Origin: Podarcis gaigeae
Taxonomy: Eukaryota
Direction: 5' to 3' (one strand)
Assembly: GCA_964106915.2 (NCBI GenBank)
Contig: OZ066916.1
DNA: 64,000 bases
The translations under genes were made by a program, and so were the position numbers. Positions 12,572 through 23,667 of this stretch are shown in pieces. Position 1 is the first letter of the stretch. Each line of letters starts with the position of its first letter. The notes beneath the pieces were generated by a model. The model did not search any database, was not told the origin of the DNA, and was given only the letters and a program-made list of their open reading frames with translations.

Positions 12572-14581
12572 TAGTAGTAATCAAGCACTTTTCTTTTTGT
12601 GTAATCTGGTTATATATATTTTTAACCTGCACTAGGCCTCCAGGGTAGAGCAAATAACCAACCTCAAATAAATTACATTCAATGTGTCTGAACACCATTA
12701 TTAATCCCTTCAGTGGAACAAAAAAGAATAAAAGCAAATTCCTAGTTTTGAAGGACAAGCTAAATGACCTTTATCAAATCTATTCTGAAAACAACAATTA
12801 TGGTAATTATGTTGAAATATACAATTCAAACTTACTTAAAGGAATGAAAAACATACAAACCATACAAGGAATTATATACTGGTAAGAACATCAGTATTCA
12901 TTATAATCTCAGCTATGAAGTCACTGGGGTGACTTAGGCGAGCCTTTAACTCTTCACCTCAGCCTGCCCTCCTTTTCAATGGCAATAATGGAATATTTAT
13001 TTCTTTAAAAATTACTGACAACTTTTCAAAAATGACAAGGTTGTTTACAAATAAATATAGTACAATAAAACATAAAGCAAACTATCTAGAGTTCAGTAAA
13101 GCTGGTACTAAGGATTAGAGTCCAGGAACGCCCATATCAAATGAAACGTTTTTACCAGCAGCAGAACATCTGCGCTGTAGGTTCCTGTCATATCTGTAAG
13201 GGGAGGTCATTCCAGTGTGGGACACTGGTCTATTTTATACAGGTCGTCTTGTGAGGATTACCAAGAAAATACATGATAACCGCATTGCACAATATTCACT
13301 CTCTGTCCAGTTTACAGCAGGTGCATGGCTCCTGAGCAGGATCCCCAGAGGGGAACTGGATGCAGCCCAAAGAGAAAACACAAGGCCATCATTTATACAG
13401 CACAACTGATCAGTCGGCATAAAAAGGTAAAAAGAAATAAAAAAGGCTAATCAATCCATTCTAAGACGGGTACTACTTAGACCTGAAAGCTTGTTATTGC
13501 CACACACGAAAATAACCAATTATGCAAAAATGGAGTATTCCATTTGCAATGGGGCACTAATTTTAGTACATCTTTGATAATGAGTATTGTTTTGTTTTGA
13601 TAACATTAAAGTATCCCTATATAGACACTTAACTTGGTCTGGTGTTGTTTCAGCACACTATAGCCCCATCTACCGTATTTCTAAGATGCTTCATGGAGAA
13701 CACCCAAGGGCAGACAAAGCTGGCTAAGAGGTCACTTAAAGTGATGTAGGTGCTGTTCTGCCGGTGCGGAGAGAAGCCCGCCAGCAAACCAGCCCTTACA
13801 CTGCTGCAGGTCACCCACAGAAAGCTCCACAGACATAGATGTTCTGCTGCCACTGAAACACTGAGGGGTTGCCCAGTGTTTCATGGGCAATGGAGGATCT
13901 GATATAGTTCAATCAATCAGGGTTTTTTTTTGTTACAATTTCAGATCAGCCACTAGAATATAGTCCAACACATATAATTTTACAGAGATTATAAATTTGG
14001 GGTTACCAGTACTTCCAAAAACTAGGGTATGTTTGTGCACTGCCATACATTCATAATCACACTAGAATTAGTTTTTTGAGTGCTAGTGTGGTTGGTAGAG
14101 AGATGTAATCATCTGGTTCCTGGTGATGCATGCTGATGTGCATAATTTTGCCACATTGATGAGTCTGGTGTAGTTAATTCCCTTCTGTTGGCTGCAATGA
14201 GGGGTGTGGGGAAAAAAAAGGAGAAAAAAGTCTATGGACCCCCCACAATGGATGCAGTGAGCCAACAGGGATTGGGAAGTAGCAATAGCTCTACCGTAGG
14301 ATCAGTAAGAGGAGGAAGAGCTTGCTCGACCATTGATTCATGGAACATTACAATATTTTGGTGATGTATCTGGTCTGGAAGGTGCTGGTAGCAGTGAGAG
14401 AAACCGTGTGCAGTTCTGTGGTTCCAAGCCATTCACGTTCCAATAATGATTTTCACCATAAAATTGTTCAATTTAAATGTTGTATTATGTCGAATGGATG
14501 GTTTCAATAGCATTCAAGTCATAACAAATTAAAAATGAACATTTTATAAATACCTAAGTGAAATGTTTTGACGTAATGTAC

Positions 14582-14648
14582 CTGATTGTCATTTTAATGC
14601 CAAGCTGCTGTACAGATGAAAGAGTTTTGATCTCCACATTTGCATCAG
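14582..14648 (-). CDS. TBC1D32: TBC1D32 coding exon 28 (67 nt; DANVEIKTLSSVQQLGIKMTI)
   Basis: ttgcag| acceptor, CAG|GTACAT donor. Confidence 0.94.
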
Positions 14649-14683
14649 CTGCAAAGAAAAGAAAAAGTCACATAAAAATAAGT

Positions 14684-14897
14684 TCAGGTAGGTAGCAGTG
14701 TTGGTCTGATGCAGTCAAAATAAATAAATTAAAATTAAAATTGTCCAGTAGCACCTTAGAGACCAACTAAGTTTGTTCTGGGTATAAGCTTTCATCTGGT
14801 GTCTGAAGAAGTGTGCATGCACACGAAAGATTATACCCAGAACAAACTTAGTTGGTCTCTAAGGTGCTACTGGACATTTTTTTTTAAAAAAAATATT
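14684..14897. mobile_element. Penelope-like (PLE) fold-back insertion with hammerhead motif
   Basis: 13-bp TSD CATAAAAATAAGT (14671-14683, 14898-14910); 52-bp inverted arms 14742-14793 / 14825-14876; same family as the 31544 element in opposite orientation. Confidence 0.8.
14798..14837 (+). ncRNA. Minimal type I hammerhead ribozyme-like motif (mutated)
   Basis: GGTGT-CTGAAGA-A-GTGTGCATGCACAC-GAAA-GA-TT-ATACC; the AGCT palindrome is mutated to AGAT. Confidence 0.5.
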
Positions 14898-15782
14898 CAT
14901 AAAAATAAGTGTTTAACCATTTTAATCTGAATTTCTAAGAACTGTTTAAAAGATGAAGTTTGGTGGCAATCCATAATACAGTGAATTTAGTGAAAGCAAT
15001 AAATAATAGTTATTATAGTTACAATAAGACAACACTTTGGACTATCTATGGCCTTACGTTTAACAACTGAACTCTACAAGCTTCCATTTTATGACAGATA
15101 TAAATAACTGTCAGCTCATGGTTCATCACCCCTTACAACTTCATAAAACTGTCGAAGTGGCACCTTGCCTAAATACTGTCTGTAGTACTTATGCACAATC
15201 CTATGGGTGTTGCGATGGAGTTCTAGGAACCATAGGATTTTGCAGATGTATCTCACCTTCTCCATGGGCTCTGAAGAAGCTTCATCCAGGTTGCTATGAA
15301 AAGATCCATAACTACTACTTCCCCACAGAGAAGAGGGCAAAAGGGAGCATTTTGAGGGTGGATTTAAGTGGTGTCTTTGGATCTGCTTGAATCCAAAGCC
15401 CTTTCACTCTGAAACCGTAGGGAAAGAATGCCGACCCTTTGGCTGGTGTCCTTCTTTTCCCTATTCAAATTCTTGGGAAAAAAACTAAGAGCCAATAGGA
15501 GGAGAGAAAAAATGGGAACAACGCCATCACACCTTCTGTCCTGACAGTGCATTCCCAGAGGGCTTTGGATTTTGTGATTTGTCTTCTATAACTACTAACC
15601 ACTCCCAACACTGTTGCTTTGTCTAGCACTTATCCAGCAGACAGAACTTGACATCAAGTGCTCTTCTCCAATATTTGACTCAACTCAGCCTTTTGCCAAG
15701 TATGGGTAGCATCCAGTAAAAACAATAGCCTAATTCACTATAATCAAAATGAACCAACGGATTATCCTGTTTCACAGTCTCT

Positions 15783-15805
15783 TATATATATATATATATA
15801 TATAT
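15783..15805. repeat. (TA)n microsatellite
   Basis: direct reading. Confidence 0.95.
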
Positions 15806-16919
15806 CTATTCATGACATAAATTAATGTGTAAAATTGTGGTTGGGTTTTCATTATAGCTCTGTTTTCCTATTCAGAAGATATCTGTATCAATTCTTTTAG
15901 TGCAGATTTTAAAATGGCTTTCAGAACTCTTCACAATTGAAGTACACTTAATATTAACCAATGAGTGAAGCATTGGCCTGGTGCGGTAGTTCTTAGATTT
16001 TTCCAGGCTAACAATATTTTCACCTGTTGTTTATAAAAAAAAGTGGGCCTACAAGTCTTTCTTTGTACTTTATTCAATACATTAGGAGCACAACACCTCT
16101 ACAGGGAAGGGGGAGGGGGCACGAAAGCTGCAATTGTAATGATGCACAAAATGTACCTTGTTTATTCCAAGATATATTATTTAATTTCCCCCCAAATCAA
16201 TGTGAAACCCATTTTATTAAAAATGTCTTGAAATAATGTGGCTTTCAGAACAAAAGCATCAAAGGATCAATTTTCTCAATAAGAAAACCATTTTCCCCTT
16301 AACAAAAGGCAGAGTATCTCTGAACTGTCAATCAGACAAAGAGGTGAAACTGCTCTAGTAGTTAAGCAGAATGAATAAAATATGCTATGGCAGCAGCTCC
16401 CAAGCTGCCAAATTCAGGGAAAAGGTTTAAGTACACCTCACAGTTCAAAGAGAAATAAAAATTGCACAGAACATGTGTAATTCATTTTTTAAAGAAGAAA
16501 TCAAACATTCAATTGGATGTATCACAATTCATATTTAATTTCAATATATGGTGACTGTCAGAATTCCAGATACAGTCATGCTGAGAACTTGTGCTGAAGT
16601 AGTTTATAACAATATTGACCATTTTTGTTTTTCAAAACGCATCCTTAATTCAGAGTTCACCGGCTTCTAAGCAGAATAAGGCAGCCTCCCCACCACCATA
16701 CACCATTTTTAAAATCAGATCTATTGTGTGCAGTTCTTAGGTTTTCTATCAAATTTAGATTCTAAAGTAACAATTTAATAGTCTATTAAACAATACCAAA
16801 AAATGTTTGTACTAGTTGGATGCCATTAACATTGATAATTACAAGGGTTGGTGTCAATTTTCCGAAAAGGAATGTGACTTCCTCTTCTTAGTGTTAACAG
16901 GGTGCTGACATCCAAGAAG

Positions 16920-17275
16920 CACAATTTGTTTTTGCATACAATATTAATTGCATTAATCCATAACAAATTTAATATCTTTATAGGGGTTCTCCCAACCCCC
17001 GGACTTCCCCCCACTCCTCTCCCCAGTTTCCAATAATTATCTCTTCTCTTTTCTGTGACTAAATACTTTTATCTAATCTATTAAGTCTGCCTTTTCAATA
17101 CCCTTTATCAAATTATATTACAAGTGCTAATCCAAACCTGCTAATGTTTTTAAATGTTTGCAATGCTCCTACATATGTTCTATAACGTTAACCCATTCAT
17201 TTCTATATTTTTTTTGTCCTCTTGGTGTCTAATCTTCCCATTCAATTTCGCCATTTTGGCATAATCCATCCAGCT
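16920..17275 (-). mobile_element. L1/Tx1-clade LINE 3' fragment (~)
   Basis: Minus translation WMDYAKMAKLNGKIRHQEDKK resembles squamate L1 ORF2 termini, followed by an A/G-rich 3' UTR. Confidence 0.55.
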
Positions 17276-18533
17276 CTCTTTTCGCACAGAAGGAAACTGC
17301 TTGAGCAACTGCTGCTCTTCCACCTCCATACTGTAGCTACTGAAATAGGAAGAACCTGGACAGGCAATGGGTCTCTCTCCCTGAAGCCACTTGGGCCCAG
17401 AGGCTGTATCTAATCACCCTGATGTACTAGCAGAAGCTGACTTAAGGAATCCCACCAGTGCAATGGGACCTTTCCCTTTCTCATCCCCTGTGCCCTCCCC
17501 CCCCCCCCATATACTCCAGAGGATTGGGAGAAATCTCAAAACAGTGCATGGTGGAAGGAGAGAGGAGACCTTAACTGCAAGAGTGAGAATACGCAGAACC
17601 TAAAGAAGGCCTTATCTTTATGTTTATCCCATCAAGAGGAATCTGGATGGCTCTCATGCTGGCTTACAGAGTATGATAGAAAAAATAAAAAATAAAATCC
17701 AACATAAAACTAAAACTCAAAAGAAATATGGTAACAGTGGCTGAAAACTGCAGCTAGAACACAATTCAGTTTAGAAGTTAAATGCCTTTCATAAAGGTCA
17801 AGAAAACTAAAAAAAGATAACAATGAATAATCTTCTTTCCTAGAACACAAAATTCCAATCTCTTACAAATCTACACATAATAAAATAATTCTTTGCACTT
17901 GCATCCTTAGATACCATCTAGCAGATGAGCAATCCTGTCCTCATGCTAAATTACTACTGGTAAGAATAAAGCAATTTCAAAACATAAAGGTCAATTTTTA
18001 AAAGTGCAGTCCATGTTCCAGGATTTTCAGCTTTTATTGCTACCTTGAAAGGAGATGCAAAATAATGTGTATGATCTGTCCTAATTCTAATTACATGAGA
18101 CGTGTTCAGCTCGAAATATATACAGCTACTTATTTCTAAAATGACATTACATTTGCCAGAATTTTAAAGACTCTCTTCAGCTGGAATTGTTTCTCTATTA
18201 ACAAAGTACTCCTCAGAGTTTTGAAGGGAAAAAATAAAATAAAATGTGAGCAGCAGAAGTGCAGTCTTAGTTTTATAGAGCTCAGTAACCCCATGTAATC
18301 AAATGGCAAGCATGAAAATAAAAAATCCGTGGAAGACAACAAAGTAAGAAATGTTCTTTTAATAGTCAAATCCCAAATGGGACATGCAGCCCAATTTGTA
18401 ATGTTTGCTATGCTCTCCAATTAAAAGGGAAGCTTTGTCCACTTTCACTTCATTGCCAAACTATGGGCAAGAACTACATGGAAGGGAAGGATGAGAGGAG
18501 ATATTTTCCAGAAAAAAGGTCAAAGGTTGCTTT

Positions 18534-18535
<2 letters not shown>

Positions 18536-18573
<38 letters not shown>
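18536..18573. repeat. (AC)19 microsatellite
   Basis: direct reading. Confidence 0.95.
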
Positions 18574-18575
<2 letters not shown>

Positions 18576-19694
18576 TTATAATGTTTAGTCTTCTCTCAGG
18601 ACAATCTAGCCAAGTAGGGTCAATCATTAATGATGGGCAGGAAATGATTTTCATTGTCCCACTTTTAGAGATCCTTTAATAAGAAATAAGATTTCAAACC
18701 TATGCCTGAAAGACATGCCCAACATGTCTGACTATTACTCCATACCAAAACTAATATTTAAAAAACCCAATCCAGAGACATTTAGGATGCCTGTGAGACA
18801 GATCCTAAAATGAGTTTTGTCTTCACCATGCTAATTTTCTGCAGAAAAATATTAAATCTTGCAGAGGGGCCCGAAAAGCACAGCCCAAAAATAGGTTTGC
18901 CACTCCAAATGTTACCTTATGAGTAGACTTAAATCTGGGGTTTCACAAATGTAGCTGGAAAATGGCGAGTCTACTACCTTAGCATCTTAATTTACAGCAG
19001 ATGATCTGATGTGAACATTGCTGTAAGGACTAGCAAGTACTCCAGTACCACCTCTAGGGCCAGCAGGCTGCCATATGGCGATGGAAAAGAGAAACAAAGA
19101 GGAAAGATTTTAAAAATATCTAGTGTCAGTTTTGTTGTGGTGGTTTGAGCTCAGGAGTGATATTTAAAGTTATATATAGCTATATGCATGGATCATATTC
19201 ATAAGTCATCCATATATTATATGACAGTGGCTGGATTTCCAGAAGTCTTTTTTCATAGAAGCTTTAACTTTAAGCGCATCTTCCACATAAGCCAACAGAC
19301 AGGCAATATAGAGTTAAGTGTTGCTATTGTTTATTATAATTTTTTAAAGCCCTGCAAATGTATAAATGTCAATATATTAGCTTATTATTCTCCCTCATCT
19401 TTAAAACGCTAACCGAAACTAATTTGATTTTTCCAGATTTGCAAATTTTATAATGGATTGAAATCCTGAGGGATTTCACAACAGCTGGATGAATTGTGTT
19501 ATTCTAATTTCAACTACCCAAGGGTTTAGAAAGCTGCTGTAGTTTAAGATAATCAATTTCTCATTTCCAGAAACATGATAACACTGAATATCAATGCATT
19601 GTCCTGAAACTACTTTCATATAACACATTGATTCTATTCATTAAAAAGCCAGGCTAAACTATTGTTATACTCCCTGTTGATCAAAGCCTAGCCA

Positions 19695-19696
<2 letters not shown>

Positions 19697-19734
<38 letters not shown>
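19697..19734. repeat. (GT)19 microsatellite
   Basis: direct reading. Confidence 0.95.
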
Positions 19735-19738
<4 letters not shown>

Positions 19739-20903
19739 GGGCTGCACTAAGTAGTCTGCTGGCTTATTAAAACTCAAATCCATCTGCTCACTTTACAAAT
19801 AATTTGGGATACCAAACAACCTTACATCAGATTTCTTATGCTTGATGATTCTCTGTGGTTTATTCCAGTATATGATTCAAGGGCTCAATACAGAGGAGAA
19901 GACAAACGGAGCCATAGTGTAACAAAAGTGTCAAAGGAATATGTTGAAAGTACAAAATTATATTTAATTTTTAAAACATTTTAATTTCCATTGATAGGTG
20001 GAATAAAATGCACTGCAGAAGCACCCAATTAAAAAAATCATGTTCCAGCTACTCTTGAACCATAATGAGATGTAAATAGCTATGTGGTATTTCAGAGGGA
20101 TCCTCCTTATTTTAGTGAAATCGTGTGAGCTTTATGTCAGATTTATGCCTATTGGAAAGGTATAAGAAAACAATTTTCCCCAAAAAATGAGGTGACAGGG
20201 TCAAAGTGACTCTGCAAAAGCCAGCTAATGCACCCCAGACACAGTGCAAGCGTACTGGACCAAAGATCACACACAAAGTCAATGGCTGGGGGAAATATGG
20301 CCACATTTTTTTATTGAGAATGGAGATTGTTGTGGCAAGGCAGCAAGGATCTTGGTATTGGGTGGCCTGACTTCTGCCTGATGTTGTCAGGAATTAGGGA
20401 ATGGCCCACCTCACTGTGGGTCATCCCAGTGGTTGCTCACCCACATGGCTGCAAAGAAGCCAGCCTCAGTCCCCAGAGCTACAGCCAAGGCCTTAGGGCA
20501 GCCCCACCAAGGAACCCTTATGTCTATGAATTCTGTCCTTTGTCCCTCTGCCACCAACTGTATGCTGTGACAAATACTCACTTTAGAATAAAATAGTAAA
20601 CACAATATTCTACAACCTATGCATGTTGCTATGAGAAAGGTGAAAAGCTCATCACTACGTCATAAAATGCCAAGATCTGCCATCCTCCTATTATAATGTA
20701 TTAAATATAATTATAGACTGCTTTTCTTTTTCAGTCAAAAACTGAAGGTCAGCTGGGTCAAACCAGATCAAGAGAAAGGAGCCTGCTATTTCTACCTATT
20801 CCACTCAGGACCACTGAGAGAGGCTCAGAAGCCAGAAGTGTGGCAGTTACCTTTCAGTTGACCATTGCAAGCCAGAAAAAACAGCATGAGAGAAGAAAAT
20901 TAC

Positions 20904-20987
20904 CTTCACATTCTCTGCTGGTGAAGTAACATTCTGATGGCGTTTCAGAAAGATGCAAGACAAACATTTCCATTAATTCTGCCAAAT
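20904..20987 (-). CDS. TBC1D32: TBC1D32 coding exon 27 (84 nt; LAELMEMFVLHLSETPSECYFTSRECE)
   Basis: tttcag| acceptor, AAG|GTAATT donor. Confidence 0.94.
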
Positions 20988-21164
20988 CTGAAATAAAACC
21001 AAAATGATTAATGCATCAATGCCACAAAATTTCCTTTAAAAAAGAAATCATGTCATGTTTTGTGATTTGCGTGGGCACAATTTTGTAACAATAAAATAAA
21101 TATATATATATTTAAAAATGCCACAAAGTAAAATGCAGAACTATATCAACCAATTTCTTTGTTT

Positions 21165-21365
21165 CCCTTATACCCTGCCTTTCCTCCACAGAACCAAAGG
21201 TGGCATATGTAGCTTGCTCCACTCCATTTTATCCTCTCGATCACCCTGCGGGAGAGGATAGGCTGAAAGACAGTGAGTGGCTCAAGGGCACCCAGTGAGC
21301 TTTATGGCTGAGTGTGGACTGAATCTTAGTCCCTCTGATATAGGCCAATACTCTGACCACAGCAC
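21165..21365 (-). mobile_element. MIR/CORE-like squamate SINE (~)
   Basis: ccattttatcctc...caccctg...aggctgaaagacagtgagtggctcaagggcacccagtgagctttatggctgagt; related copy at ~53870-54065. Confidence 0.6.
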
Positions 21366-22573
21366 AACAGTGAGTAGAAAATGAACCAAAATGAAAGCCT
21401 ACAGGCAACTAACAGTGCACTCTACTACATATGCAGTTAGAAGAAAGTCTCACTGGGTTCAAAGAGGCTTACCCCCAGGTAAGTGTGTTACAAGATTGCA
21501 GTCTAAAGCTGTCTATACAACCACATGTTTATTCACAAAAGCATGGCAAAAATAATTCAAAACAGGCATTCTGTTTTTGTATTCATAACAACATCCCTGG
21601 TTTAAATTAAAATTTTAATGGCTTCTCTGACAATCTATTCAGTGTAAACTGAAAGGGAATCGTTTGTTATCCTTGGATCCTCTGAGGATTACATCGGAAT
21701 TTGTTAGACAGTTTCAACATAAAGAAAATTAGCTGTAATTAGATTGCACTGCCTACATTCTTCTATATAGAGGTTCTGAGGAGGGAAGTTTGGCCTTCAT
21801 CTTGCAGTAAAGGTCAATACACTTTAAGAGTTTCTGTCCTCCTTTGTGCAAAAGGCGTTCCAACACAGCTACCTGCTTCCTTTTGCATCTCAGCAGGAAA
21901 CTTTCCAAGCTCTCCATGGAAGTCTTTCGCACTTGTCTTACTCATTTAAATGAGTAAGAAAGCCCTAAATGGGAGAAGAGTTCTATGTTCTATGCACACA
22001 GCATATTTGAGTACGATTGTTTTTCATTCTTTCATGGATAGTTCCCAAAGTGATCTTTGCAAACACAGGTTTGCCTAGAGCAGGTTTTCACCAACATCTG
22101 AGTTCACTGACCCCTTGACGAGCTTATAAAGTTGTCATTGACCCCCCCAACCCAAATTCTTAGGGATGTAAATGAAATGACATCCAGAAATATCAATGTA
22201 TAATAAACCTTTTTAAACCACCAATCACCATTACTAGGAATCATAAAATGGGGAAAAAAGGAATACTGTCACATTGTAAAATCATCTATTAAATACAGAG
22301 GCTCCTCACTGGCAAGGGAGATGCACTCTGTACATATTAATGTTCTTTATTCCTGAGGCTCATTGCATTTCCACACTGTCCCTTGTGGCAATCTTTTCCA
22401 CCCTAGGCCGTTTCTGACCTACTTTGGAATTCTAGATCTTTTATTCAGCCCCTGCACATTCACATCAATATCAACCACTTTGGGAAACCATTGCCTAAAT
22501 AATGTATAATTCTGATGTAGTAATTCATTTGGAGTATCTCTATCAGGGATTCTTAGAGGAATATTTAGGATAT

Positions 22574-22939
22574 ACTGCTATGGATACATGACGTCTCCAG
22601 GCACTGCAGTTGTCTGCAAGGGATTCCGGTCTAGCGGAGTTGATGTTGTCAGGCTTCATGTCACATTTGCAGACATCTTTGGAACAGAGTTGGTCTACCA
22701 ATGGGCCTGGTGCTGGAAGCCAGCTCCCCATAGAGCAGAGGAAAAATAACTGTGGGAGGAGTGCAGAGAGAAGAAATGCCATGGTGCATCTGCTGCAGCA
22801 TAACTGGATGCCTTCATCTGCCCCAGATGCAACAAAACATGTCTCTCCCACATCTGTCTCTACGGCCACAGCAAGCGCTACAACCCAGCAAGTTTGACTT
22901 CACCTCAATTGTCGCTGGGGCCAGGCATATTCCAACCAA
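22574..22939 (+). mobile_element. RTE-clade LINE 3' fragment with inverted 5' segment
   Basis: Minus 22737-22574 encodes LYGELASSTRPIGRPTL/KDVCKCDMKPDNINSARPESLADNCSAWR; plus from ~22733 encodes WEECREKKCHG...FICPRCNKTCLSHICLYGHSKR (C-terminal Zn finger). Confidence 0.8.
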
Positions 22940-22949
22940 ATTGGGACAT

Positions 22950-23395
22950 TTTGTGGTTGTTTAGTCCAGTGTTTCCCAACCTTGGGCCTCCAGCTGTTTT
23001 TGGACTACAACTCCCATCATCCCTAGCTAGCAAGACCAGTGGTCAGGGATGATGGGAATTGTAGTTCAAAAACAGCTGGAGGCCCAAGGTTGGGAAACAC
23101 TGGTTAGTCATTTAGTCGTGTCCGATTCTTCGTGATCCCATGGACCAGAGCATGCTGGTAGCTTCGAGAACACTATCCAACCATCTCGTCCTCTGTTGTC
23201 CCCTTCTCCTTGTGTCCTCCATCTTTTCCAACATCAGGGTCTTTTCTTCTCTTCTCATGAGGTGGCCAAAGTATTGGAGGCTCAGCTTCAGGATCTGTCC
23301 TTCCAGTGAGCACTCAGGGCTGATTTCCTTAAGAATGGATAGGTTTGATCTGCTTGCAGTCCATGGGACTCTCAAGAGTCTCCTCCAGCACCATA
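22950..23395 (-). mobile_element. Bov-B (RTE) LINE 3' fragment, tail interrupted by a MITE
   Basis: ORF 23112-23423 LWCWRRLLRVPWTA..SNLSILKEISPECSLEGQILKL..QYFGHLMRR...RRRGQQRTRWLD is the Bov-B ORF C-terminus. Confidence 0.92.
22967..23102. mobile_element. Palindromic hAT-type MITE (136 bp)
   Basis: 58-bp arms with 2 mismatches, ends CAGTGTTTCCCAAC; near-TSD GTTTAGTC / GTTAGTC. Degenerate relatives at ~31140, ~47935, 51501, ~62660. Confidence 0.85.
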
Positions 23396-23541
23396 ATTTA
23401 GGACATAGCAACATATAATGCAAACTGGTTTAAATGGCATGTCTTCCCCTTTGACAGTCCTCAATCATACCTCACTATAAAGAATCATCAATATAACGTA
23501 GCAAGGATAAGCAGCTTCCCTTTAAAAATAATTATACTTAC

Positions 23542-23667
23542 TGGTTCCACTCATAACAGTAGGTTTGTTTTCCATGATTTCACAAAACTGTCTTTGAATA
23601 TTTTCAATCAAATCCAGCGGTTTCTCTGGATTATTTAAAGCACATGCAAGCTTGCTAGCATCGCCAT
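23542..23667 (-). CDS. TBC1D32: TBC1D32 coding exon 26 (126 nt; GDASKLAC...IENIQRQFCEIMENKPTVMSGT)
   Basis: ttttag| acceptor, A|GTAAGT donor. Confidence 0.92.
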
